Assembly (NCBI GenBank): GCA_951406725.2
Contig: OX597814.1
Location: 25,916,001 to 25,980,000, forward strand
Length of the DNA stretch: 64,000 bases
DNA from: Octopus vulgaris
Taxonomy: Eukaryota
Reading direction: 5' to 3'
Part shown: in pieces, positions 53,123 through 64,000 of the stretch
Numbering within the stretch: position 1 is the stretch's first letter
How the letters are laid out: each line of letters starts with the position of its first letter
Notes under the pieces: generated by a model
Databases searched by the model: none
Told to the model about the DNA's origin: nothing
The model's input: only the letters and a program-made list of their open reading frames with translations
Position numbers and translations under genes: made by a program

Positions 53123-53714
53123 AACAAAAGTATACAATATAAACAAAAGGAAGAAGGCAGAGGTGAGAAAACATGGTTTAGACAAATAGTCTAAAAGCCC
53201 AATATGTTAAGTACACATAATTATTTACCATCCAAGCTCAAAGAGCATATATGAGGGAATGAGCAATTAAAGGACCAGGGATTACTACAAGTTATTAATG
53301 GGAGGGTGCAGTTGTTTTTGTCCTGTAGATCATCTATTTAATATATTCTTATTACATACCGGTATTTACTTAATTTTTACTACTATTTGCTATATGTGAG
53401 GGTCAACCATTTTTTCTTGCCTAGTCTTCATTGAACTGTTGGCCTACTGTGACCTGTTCTCTCCCCTTAACCACTTAATTATTGGTCTCTATATTCCCCT
53501 CTCATGTTATACTGTTAAGTGGCCCTTAAATACTACTCACTGTCTTATCTCCCTTACCTTTTTCCTTCCTTTCTTTTTCTTGTTTATCTTTGTTACAGTT
53601 TTAATTTGTGAATTGTTTTAAATTGTTACTAAATTGTTATTTGAACCACTTTTCTATTTTTAATTCTTGTAGTCATAGTCTGTAGTAGTATTATGTATAT
53701 AAGTTAACATATAT

Positions 53715-53768
<54 letters not shown>

Positions 53769-54141
53769 TTAAATATTTTGTTTTAATTACTTGTATTTGA
53801 ATTTTCTAGTAATGATATATTATAGTTTGTTATTTTTTTCTTATATAAGTTAAAATTTATTTTCATACATAAAATAAATATCTATATCAATTTATTCTAG
53901 TTTTATTTATACCACGTTTTTAATTAGATAAATTTTATAAATAATAAGTCCTATGTATTAAGTTTTAAGATTTAGTTAACAGAATATATTTGTTAAGATA
54001 TTTCGTGTTTTAGCTTAAGCTATATTATTGTATTTTGTTCAATTTTTATTGTAAAATTACGTATTTTTATATATATTTATATTTTCTTACAAGATAATAT
54101 ATGTATATTTCTTTATTTAATTATTTTATTGTTTTTATCTT

Positions 54142-54190
54142 GGAACTGAAGAGTGACTATGAAAATATAGCCACGAAGCACGTGTAGTCT
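54142..54190 (+). ncRNA. Degenerate hammerhead ribozyme (family e) in very AT-rich pLTR-like tract
   Basis: CUGAAGA-GUGACUAU-gaaaau-AUAGCCAC-GAAG-CACGUG-UA-gucu: helix II 7 of 8 paired, palindromic helix III, GAAA>GAAG. Confidence 0.55.
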
Positions 54191-54679
54191 TTTTACCAAT
54201 TATATAATATTTATTTATTATTTTGTACTTTACTTAATTATTGGTATATATTTTATCGTATTTAAAATTTTTTCCTATATGGTATAATTTAATTATATCA
54301 TTGTAATATCATTATTGAATTGCTACATGGTGGTTGTTCTCTAATTTATATACATATGTTATATATTGTGAAATTTGATTTAGTATTACAAAATTGAATT
54401 TTTCCCTGTAAGTTTGGAATAATATTCCCTAATATTATATATACATATATATGTGTGTGTGAGGGTATTTGGCTAAGTGTATTGTGCTCTTGAGCAAAGC
54501 AATTCATTTCATGTTGGTCCAGTTCATTCTGTTGGCAAAAATGAGTAATCCTACAACTGACTGGCATCACATCCTGGATGAAATATGTATACCACAGAAT
54601 CTATAAAAACCCACCAATGAGCTTATGGCTCAAGAAGTGTCAATGCTTCTTTTATATGTATGAGCAAAGTTCAGAGAGC

Positions 54680-55620
54680 TTTTACCTCTGTTGGTAACAA
54701 AGTGCATTTCCCTCAGGATGAAATGCAGACTATGTTGCTTGTGTACAAACAGCCATGTTCTACAGCAGTGAAACATGGGCTGTGACTGCAGAAGACATGT
54801 GAAAACTTGAAAGAAATGAAGCTAGTATGCTTCACTGGATGTGCAATGTCACATCCAGTGCAACAGAAATTAAGTGTCTTGAGTGAAAAACTGGGCATAA
54901 GAGGCATCAGATGTGGTGTGCAAGAGAGACGAATGTGCTGGTATGGTCATGTGATCCAGATGAATAAGGACAGCTGCATAAAGAAGTGCCGATGTCTAAT
55001 CGTAAAGGGAACCTATGCAAAAGGCAGACCCAGGAAGACATGGAGCAAGGTGGTGAACCATGATCTTTGAATATTGGGCCTTATGGAGATGATGACTAGT
55101 GACCTGGACCTTTGGTGATATGCTGCACTTAAAAAGATTCATCTAGTCGAGTGAAATTATAGCCTCATAATTGTGATCATTGCTGGTAGCATGATCTTCG
55201 AAGGTCATACCTCATATAGGTGAGGCAATATGTGGTGAAGCATGGTCTTCAAATGCTGGGCCTCACAGAGTTGATGACAAGTGACCAAGACCTTTGGTGG
55301 TATGCTGTGCTTGAGAAGACTCATCAAGCTATGTGGAGCCATAGTCGTGGCCATTGCCAGTGTTGTGTAAATGGCACCTGTGAAATCATAGTTGTGGCCT
55401 TTGCCAGTGTCATGTAAATGGTACCCATGCTAGTGGTACATAAAAAGCCCCCATTACACTCTTAGAGTGGTTAGTGCTAGGAAGGGCATCAAGCCATAGA
55501 AACCATGCCAAATCAGACTGGAACCTGGTGTGGCTCTCTGGCTTACCAGTTCCAGTCAAACTATCTAACCAATGGTAGCATGGAAAGCAGATGTTGAATG
55601 ATGATGATAATGATGATGAT
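54680..55620 (+). mobile_element. RTE-clade LINE 3' fragment(s)
   Basis: EKLGIRGIRCGVQERRMCWYGHVIQMNKDSCIKKCR...KGRPRKTW, then 3' UTR and (GAT)n tail. The segment ~55050-55145 is repeated at ~55232-55325. Confidence 0.85.
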
Positions 55621-58197
55621 GATGATTGTGATGATTATGATGATGATGATGAGGAGGAGGAGGATGACGATGATAATGATGATATATGTGTATACATACA
55701 TATACATGTATATATATGCATATGCATGTATATTATGTGCATACATGTGCATGTATATGTGTGTGTCTTTGTTTTTATGTATTGTTACACATGAAAATAG
55801 TCAAATATTAATTGACATACCACTTACTGCATTTCAGTGGAGTATCACCTACTTTTCTTATAACTATTATTATTGCTTCTTAACCACATGGAGAAATGTA
55901 CAGTCCAACAAAGCCAATGAGCAGTTTAACTTCAATGTTAGTGTTAAACTTTCCTCTTTATATGTCTGTTAGGTGGGGGTGCATGTGTGTGTGTTTGCAT
56001 GTACAGGTGGTGCATGAGTGTATGTAATCCAATTCTTTATTACTTTTTCATGTGCAGAATATTTCTTGTTCTCATAAGAAGTTTTATGTCAATGTTGATT
56101 TTTGTCATTGCTGTAGTGTTAAGTCTGATAATTTGTATTACATAAAGATTTTATGGTGTAGACTGATTGTGATTGAATAAGAATTTCCTACCTCTTTCTA
56201 TAATTTTCTGATTCCTATTTGTGTTCTACATATTTTGAACTATACTCAGTCTGACCACCAATTAGCAGCTAACTCTTTATGATGACTGTCATCTCTAAGT
56301 TCCAGTTATGTAAATATACATGTGGACTTGATTGCATTAATACCTGACTATAAGCTTTTTCATATGTAAAATGAAGGTCATATTTTAGTGTGCTAAATAG
56401 ATTTAAAAACGAGATATTTAATATATCAGTATTATGAACATGATGGTATTTTTCATCTTTTTCATTGTGTTCTATATAAGTCTTTTACACATGAAACATT
56501 TCTTTTTTCCAGTGAGGAGTTTAGTTCAGCACTGATGATTAATTTAGGAACTTTACTGTTTCAACAAACTGCAAGGAATTCAAAAAATAAAGATATCAAA
56601 ACAAACACAAAAAAAATTATAAAATGGATAAGTTAAGTTTTCAGCACATGTCTAAAACAAAAGTTCTTCATCATGAATTTGTGTGTGTGCATAATATATA
56701 TATATATATATATATACATACATACATACATACATATATATATATAGCTTTACATATATATATGTATGTATATATATATATACACACATACAAGCGTATA
56801 AACACATATATGTACGTAGACATATATGTGACGTAGACTATCATAGTCTGTCTACTGGAACACACTACCTTCCTTAACATATTATCTTTTTAATTCTTTC
56901 ATCTTTTAACCTTTTAACCATTCACGCTTACCTTGCTATTTATCTCATCCACCCTCCCAACTACCCATTCTCTCTTGGCTTCAACACTGTAGAATTATTT
57001 TTATCTTTCGCTTTTCATTATCAATACATTTTTCAAAAGCTTTTTCAGGCATCATCTCTTCCATAGCAACAATAACTACAGCCACTACTATCACCTTATC
57101 TCTATTTGTATTTCTATCTTATTATTATATACATCCCCAAAATTACTGTTTTCTTTTTTCAATATTTTCATTCTATTAGAGTGTCAAAAAATGCCTTATG
57201 ATATCTCATTCAGCCTTTTACATCATGAGTTCAATTCCTATTGAGCCAAGTTTGCCTTTTATCCTTTCAGAGTCAATGGCAACCAAGTACTTGGTCAATA
57301 TCATCAACTGTTCTTAACACAGTGAACTCACAGAATCGTTAGCATAATGGGCAAAATGCTTATTAGTATTTTGTCCATCTTTACGTTCAAATTCCCTTGA
57401 GTTCAAATTCTGCTGATGTCAACTTTGCCTTTCTTCCTTTCGGAGTTGATAAAAGAAGTACCAGTTGAGCACTGGGGTCATTGTAGTCAACTTACTCACT
57501 CCCCTGAAATTACTGGCCTTGTGCCAAAATATGAAACCAATATAACCAAGTGTTCTTTTCCCTCATAATTTCTGGTCTTGTGTTAAATCTCTAAATTTCT
57601 GGCCTTGTATTTTAATGAGGCATTGATTAGAAGTACTTTGACAGAAAATAAAAAGTATTATACCCCCAGAAAGAGTTTCTCAATCTTTAATACTAATATC
57701 ACCAGAACATTAACAATTATATGGTACAATCCATCATTTGGTTTAAATATCAGTTCTAATATTTCTCATTACACATACGTACATATGTAAAACACATACA
57801 TAAAACAGACAATATTGTATATGAATTTATATGTATATATTTGTCCATATAAATGTATATCTATATGTAAGCATTTGTGTGTGTGCAAGTGTGTGCATGT
57901 GTGTGTATGTGTGCAAGTCTGTGCAAGTGTGTGCATGTGTGTGTATGTGTGCAAGTGTGTGTGTGTTTACATATGTATACATCTTAAATACTTATTTAAC
58001 TTTATCACTAAAGCGCATCAAAATATGTTTGCTTGTGCTAAAGTGCACCCTAAGTAAAATTTGAGAAGAATTGGCCTTAAGCAAAAAGATCTTAAAAGAT
58101 GACAAGTTTTATATGTATCAAAATAAATATACTCATGCATTTGCACATGCACACACACACACCTAGACACAATATAAGTACAGTGTGTGTATATAAG

Positions 58198-58858
58198 TTT
58201 CTTTATTGGCCACACAGGGCTGCACACAGATGGGACAAGTTACAAGGTAGAGCTTTTCTTTTGGGGGATGAAAAAAACAAAAAATAAAAAAAAAAAAAAG
58301 GTGGCGTAGGTTTTCGATCAAAAGGGATCGTAAAAGGGGAAAAAAAGAACAAAAAATAAAATTAAAAAAAGGAAAAGGAACAAAAGAAAAGAGAAATGAA
58401 AAAAAGGAGAAAAAAGGGAAAAAAAGGGTAAGAGGAAAAAAAACGATCAATAGGGATTGTGTATCACAGTGTTATGATGTATGGTGTAAAGGGGAAAGCA
58501 AGTAAGGTTTATCCGTGGGAAGAAAAGTCTACGAAAAAGACCACAGGTAACCTTGGTCAATATTGTTATATGTTACCACATTTGTTTGCAAGTGGGTAAC
58601 CCTCTGTTTTCAATTTCTGGGTTCATAGGATTATGCTCAAGGTGGCTTCGTCATTCATACGTGCCATCCTTGCTACATTCACCCATCTTTTTGTAAAACA
58701 TTCACTAGACAAAACTTGCCTCTCTACTCTTACTTTCCTTTTCAAGTGGTACTTGAAGAAGTTGATGAGAGATTGACCAGAGAGGAAAGTGTTTATCTCC
58801 AATCCTTTCAGACGCGTCCACCAGATACATTCTTTCACCATAGCCACAAGGATGCGTG
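58198..58858 (-). mobile_element. L1/Tx1-like LINE 3' end (5'-truncated)
   Basis: Open frame VAMVKECIWWTRLKG...INFFKYHLKRKVRVERQVL...FTKRW, then a T-rich 3' UTR and AATAAA at 58202-58207 (minus). Abuts a (GATA)n tract. Confidence 0.65.
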
Positions 58859-58863
58859 TGTAT

Positions 58864-59032
<169 letters not shown>

Positions 59033-59084
59033 CAGGCAGGCAGTCTAATTGCAATCTTTGACAATATACTGTGCTTGAGAAGAT

Positions 59085-59580
59085 TTATCAGGGTACTATT
59101 ACCTTTGTTGGCTACAAAAGCTTCTCCCTCAGAGAGAAAGGCATATTGTATAATGCTTGTATATGAATTGTTATGCTGCACAGTAGTAAGGCATGGGCTG
59201 TGGATGTGGAGGATGTTTGAAGATGTGTGAGAGATGATACTAGCATGCTTCATTGGATGTGCAAAGTCAGTGTACATGTCATCAAAGTGTGAATGTGCCA
59301 AGGGGGAAATTGGGTGTTGGAGGCAACAGATGTGGTGTGGAGGAGAGAAGACTGTGCTGGTATAGTCATGTAATGCATATGGATGAGGACAGTTACATAA
59401 AGAAGTGCTGATTGCTAAATGTGGATGGAACCTGTGGAAGAGGAAGACCCAGGAGGACCTGGTATGAAGTGGTGGAAAGTGATCTCCAGATGTTGAACCC
59501 AGATGTTGAACCCAACAAAGATGACAAAGGACTGGGACAATTGACAATTTGCTGTGCTTGAGAAAATCTTTTCATCTAAA
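59085..59580 (+). mobile_element. RTE-clade LINE fragment
   Basis: Nucleotide similarity to 54680-55140 (agatgtggtgtg...gaggacag...ggaagacccagg). Confidence 0.75.
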
Positions 59581-60169
59581 TAAAATTGAGACCCTAAAGG
59601 TTTATGCCTATGCCTCTGCACACAATCCACCCCCTACAACTCATCTTTCTAACACACCTCCTCTTTCTTCACCTATGTTCACCATTTACTGCTTTCCACT
59701 TTTCTTTTGCACTCATGTGAACTTAAATGCTCACAGTCTGTCACTGATAAATCTCTTTCTAACACCTTCTCCTCCACCTATGTTTACTCACTGCATTCCC
59801 CTCCATTTCCTATTTTTCTTTTGCATCTCATGAACCTACTTGCCCACACACCCTATACAGTCTTCTGAACCCCATCTTTAACTTGAGGGTATGCCCCAAC
59901 ACATCTTCTTCACCATCTTCTCTCTCTTACCTTTCCATTTTTCCAACTGGGGAAGTGATGTATCTCTTCTATAGGAAGACACCTGTTTCTGTCCTTGCGG
60001 AAATGGGTAGTACAAGTATACCATATAACATATTGGCAACAACTATAGTCTTTCTGAGGCCCAGTATCCAAATTGCTTGCCTTAATTATTTTTTTCATCT
60101 CTTCACACTCAGTGCGCAAGAGTTTTCTACAAGCAAATATTGTTCATTTGTATAACATGGTAATACTTG

Positions 60170-60560
60170 TCTATCCTGTACTCTTTGGAAGATTCCTTAG
60201 CCCATTTGTTTTCAACCTTTTATGAAAATTAACAAGTGGCAAGTTAATTTTACACATCCATTCTATCGTGCTCACCATATTTCTTTCCAGTTTAAACAAC
60301 TCTCCTAGATTCAATGACCATGTCTCATTTTCATGCAGTAGTAAACTTTTTAAACAATAGTCATACAAACTGATTTTAGCATAAAGAGAGCCTATGTTAC
60401 AATCAAAAGCAGCAATTATTTAAGCTACTTTCACTCTATTCTTGTTTTAGCTACTATACTTTTATTACACTCACCAATACTTCTAATTAGATCACCTAGG
60501 TAACAGAAACTATTAGTTATTCCTATTGTACTGTTTTAACAGTTCATGAGCCTTCTATTA
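60170..60560 (-). mobile_element. Decayed RTE-clade LINE fragment
   Basis: YDYCLKSLLLHENETWSL...KLERNMVS...WMC resembles the RTE Y..CV...LL.GSETW...LER motif. Confidence 0.6.
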
Positions 60561-61270
60561 TGTGTGTTTTTATTGCTAACTACTTCTGTCCATTCACACA
60601 GGTTGGCTGAAAAGTTCATAGGCTGACCAAGATACACTCATGAAATGTGACCAAATGAGGTACATTTTTCAACATAGTCATCCTTCAGGTCCACACACTT
60701 CTCCCATCGGTATTGCAATGCTTAGATCCAGTTGGTGAAGAAGATTTCATCTTGCTGGTCAAAAAAGTCATCACCATCAGATATGATATCATTACTGTGA
60801 TACTGATTCCCAGTCAAGTGTTTCCTCATATAGGAGAACAGATGAGGGTGAGATGGGTCCAAATCAAGAGGATAGAGAAGTTGATCAACCAGTTCAAAGC
60901 CACATTCATGCACAGCAACCATTGAAACCAAGGACTTGTGTGCTGGGGCAGTGTCCTAAAGAAACAAGGCTCCTTTTGTCAGTTTTCTTGGGCATTTGGT
61001 TTTGATAGGCTTTCGTAACTACCTTAGCAAGTTGGCATAATACTCTCTGTTGATGGTGGAGCCCTTTTGAAGATAGTTAATAAACACAATGCCTTTTGCA
61101 TCCCCAAAAATTGAGGCCATCACCTTCCTTACAGATGAAATGACCTTGGCCTTCTTTGGAGCATTGTCTTTTTTATCTCTTGTTCAAATGGTGAACCCAA
61201 CACTCATCTTGAGTTAGGAAATGTTCAAAGAAACCAGCTGGAGTTACCAGAAACAATGTCAGATTTTCCT

Positions 61271-61492
61271 GTAAGGTGGTGAGTTGGCAGAAACATTAGC
61301 ACACTGGGTGAAATGCTTAGTGGCATTTCATTTGTCTTTACATTTTGAGTTCGAATTCCCCTGAAGTCGACTTTGCCTTTCATCATTTCAGGGTCGATAA
61401 ACTAAGTACCAGTTGCCTCTCCTCTTGGGGTCGATCTGACCAACTGGCCCCCCTCCCTCAAAATTTCGGGCCTTGTGCCTTGAGTAGAAAAG
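61271..61492 (+). mobile_element. SINE family A inserted in the mariner
   Basis: 16-bp TSD AATGTCAGATTTTCCT at 61255-61270 and 61493-61508; B-box-like gagttcgaattc; conserved ctttgcctttcatc...gggtcgataaa.taagtaccag. Confidence 0.85.
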
Positions 61493-61907
61493 AATGTCAG
61501 ATTTTCCTATGATGTGATCAGCCTGTTGCACTTTTAATCAAGTATTGGAAGACATGGCAGCCACTGAGCAGAAACCTTCATCATGCCAAGTTCATTATGC
61601 AGATTATCCTCAGCTCTCTCACAGGATATGCTAATATCTTTGGCAATTTGATTATAGTCAACCACCTGTCATCCATTACTATATGGTGAACATGATCAAT
61701 TTTTTCTTGGTGGTGGCAGTTGCAGGATATCCAGACCTTGGGTCATCTTCAAGACTCTCCCTTCCATTCCTAAATTCAGCTGCCCACTTTTGTACTGTTG
61801 CTAAAGGTGGAGCATCATCCCTTAATGTAACAACCATAGCAGCATGAATGTTGTTGGGGGCTAAACCCTTTTTCTGCAGGTACTTGATAACAAGAAAATG
61901 CCAAATG

Positions 61908-62340
61908 GAGTAAAGATTATTTGCCAACATAACATGGCAGTCCTGGTTTAGGATGAATGTTGCTGTAATTTAGCCCCAGGAGACATCATCTCCAGCTGAC
62001 TATACGACACAATCTATGTCTTTATATTTTCAAACAAGGGAATCTAGCACCCCCACTCAGCTCAAAACAATATCTGTGTATCGCGATTTCCGGGTTGTTT
62101 CCCTTCATCAGCACAGAATAACTGTTCAGCTAGAGGTGGAACTACCAAATTCCCATTCGAAATATATAGTTTTCAAAGTGGCAACTAGTCATTGATCTAT
62201 AAATTAGAAAATTACTATTTGTAAATCTCACAACATTCGTCCTAAACCAGGACTGCCATGTTACATTGGTAAATAATCTTTACTCCAAAGTACTGTTGCT
62301 GAATATCTCTCATTGTGAGATTTACAAATAGTAATTTTCT
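61908..62340. mobile_element. Penelope-like non-coding insertion with nested inverted duplications and a hammerhead, inside the mariner
   Basis: 13-bp TSD AAAATGCCAAATG at 61895-61907 and 62341-62353. Inverted repeats 61907-61962/62231-62286 and 62204-62233/62313-62342. Hammerhead at 62073-62117. Confidence 0.75.
62073..62117 (-). ncRNA. Minimal type-I hammerhead ribozyme, conserved core intact (Penelope/retrozyme type)
   Basis: Minus strand reads UCUGUG-CUGAUGA-A-GGG-aaacaa-CCC-G-GAAA-UCGCGA-UA-CACAGA. Helix I is 6 bp, CUGAUGA and GAAA boxes are present, helix III is the palindrome AUCGCGAU, and the cleavage triplet is AUA. Confidence 0.8.
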
Positions 62341-63016
62341 AAAATGCCAAATGTTTTCTATTTTCAAGTGAATTCACTACTAGTTTTGAAGTCTTCTTTG
62401 AACAGTGAGATGTCAGTTCACATGGAAACAAAGAATGCAGTTATTAATGAGAAGTGTTGAAATTAATGCATGCAAGATTTTTCACAGCTCTAGCATCACT
62501 CCTTCATAGTAAGCCAATTATCTTTACAGCCCACCCTTGTATTGTTCATCTGTAAATCTACCAGAAATCAATTGCATCTTTTGTGAACCTGTGTCTTGCA
62601 TAATTAAATATCATAAGTCCTTAAGTACCTTATCATTCCTGTCGCAATTTCTCTTTTTGGCTAAGGTCAGTCACAGTCTGTTATTTTATTCATCAGTTTA
62701 CTTAATAATTTATATGGAATGAAAGCATAAGAATAATTCAAGAAAGCTAAATAAAAGAGAAAGCTAAATGGGAGAGAGAAAGGAAATACTGGCTCCAGAT
62801 GAGATAATTCAGAAACAATTTCACAGAAGAAACAATATATCTATTCATGACTAGTAAGAAACCATTCTCACCCAGGATGTTAAGATATCCATAAGAACAT
62901 CTACTTATATATTTATTCAGTACTCTGAGTAAACATTTCATCTCTGTCTGAGATGTTTGACTTCTCTTTCTGATATCAAATTAATTTATTCCACTTTGCG
63001 GACTTTTTGTACTTAC

Positions 63017-63087
63017 TGTTTGCCAAAGGCAGACCATCACTAGTTTCTTTGGATTCTACTGTTTCCCTTTGATAAAAATATCTACTT
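63017..63087 (-). CDS. Candidate 71-nt internal exon of an unidentified host gene
   Basis: cttttcaaacag|A AGT AGA TAT...GCA AAC A|gtaagt. One frame is open (SRYFYQRETVESKETSDGLPLAN), in non-repetitive DNA. No homology recognised. Confidence 0.25.
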
Positions 63088-64000
63088 CTGTTTGAAAAGT
63101 TTAGCAAGAATTATTTAGAATAATCATGCAACAATATCAAAAATATATATATTTGTACATAAAAAATTGTTAATATTCCTAATATTGACTATAAAAAAAT
63201 AACTAGGATTTTCTTTACATTTCATTGCAATTCAATTCTTATAATATATTTATTAGCTTTTTTTTTTTTTTGTAAAATCAATTCCAAGTCTCCAGCTAGA
63301 TGTGAACAATTCCTTCTTATAAGTTTGGGGAAGAATGATATATTAAAAAAAAAATTAATCACCCTCTAAACACAAAGAAAACTTTTCAAAGATAGCAAAA
63401 TAAGAAAAATAAAATATCTTAAGCTTTAAGATAATTTCAAAAATGAAATAAAATAGAAAGATATAGGAAATTTCATTTTTACAAGAGAAAATTTTGCAGT
63501 CATTTTATATAAAAATAAATTGAATTTTCCCTAACCAAAATAATAGAATAAATTTATTACATTTATTTATTTATGGTAATTTTTGATTTTTTGCAAAACA
63601 GTCTTAAAACAAGATCTTTTTTTTCTTTCCCTAAATCATTGAATATCTCCAGTGTTTAAGAGTGAAGAGAAAACCAGTTGAGTTGTTGACTCCAAAGTTA
63701 GTTAAATTAAAGGTAGAAATCATCTTTCAATGCTACATCTAGGAAATGTTGTGCACATATTTTGTTGTCTATCATGTCACATTTTATATATAGTAACAGT
63801 GAGTGTAAATGTGTGCATATTTGGGAGAGAGGGCATGTAACTATACGCACATTTTCTGAGATGGTCATCATGTCAAATTGCTAGTTTTGATTGTGACCAT
63901 TAATGAGAAATTATTGATAGGATCTGAAGTGAGTCGGATTTTATCACTTAAGAAGATTTAAATAGATTTGCACCAACTCTATGTTACTGATGTTAGTGAC

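Larger units (their letters stand above)
60595..62541 (-). mobile_element. Decayed full-length mariner transposon carrying two nested insertions
   Basis: Diverged TIRs (ggttggctgaaaagttcataggctgac / gtaagccaattatctttacagcccaccc-ttgta). N-terminal HTH VIKYLQKKG...TVQKWAAEFRNGRESLEDDPRSG (61679-61900). C-terminal YPLDLDPSHPHLF resembles YSPDLAPSDFHLF (60722-60931). About 1.26 kb remains after removing the inserts. Confidence 0.9.

Overview
AT-rich, strongly CpG-poor eukaryotic DNA, most likely intronic or intergenic and from a cephalopod (Octopus-like). The organism is inferred from the repeat and microsatellite landscape, not proven. No intact protein-coding gene can be supported; most ORF-track entries are microsatellite read-throughs or antisense shadows of dead retroelements. 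The window is a graveyard of mobile elements: several SINE families, RTE, CR1-like and L1/Tx1-like LINE 3' fragments, and two IS630-Tc1-mariner transposons. A roughly 13-kb nest (32.2-45.0 kb) of co-oriented R4/Dong-like RLE retrotransposon fragments sits in (TAA)n tracts with an unclassified ~550-bp repeat. The most notable hidden signal is about 11 minimal type-I hammerhead-ribozyme motifs from about 7 distinct sequence families. They are tied to Penelope-like element remnants (one with a GIY-YIG endonuclease fragment, inverted pLTRs and a TSD), and long, sometimes perfect, inverted repeats sit nearby in (TA)n tracts. All alignments and folds were done by eye.
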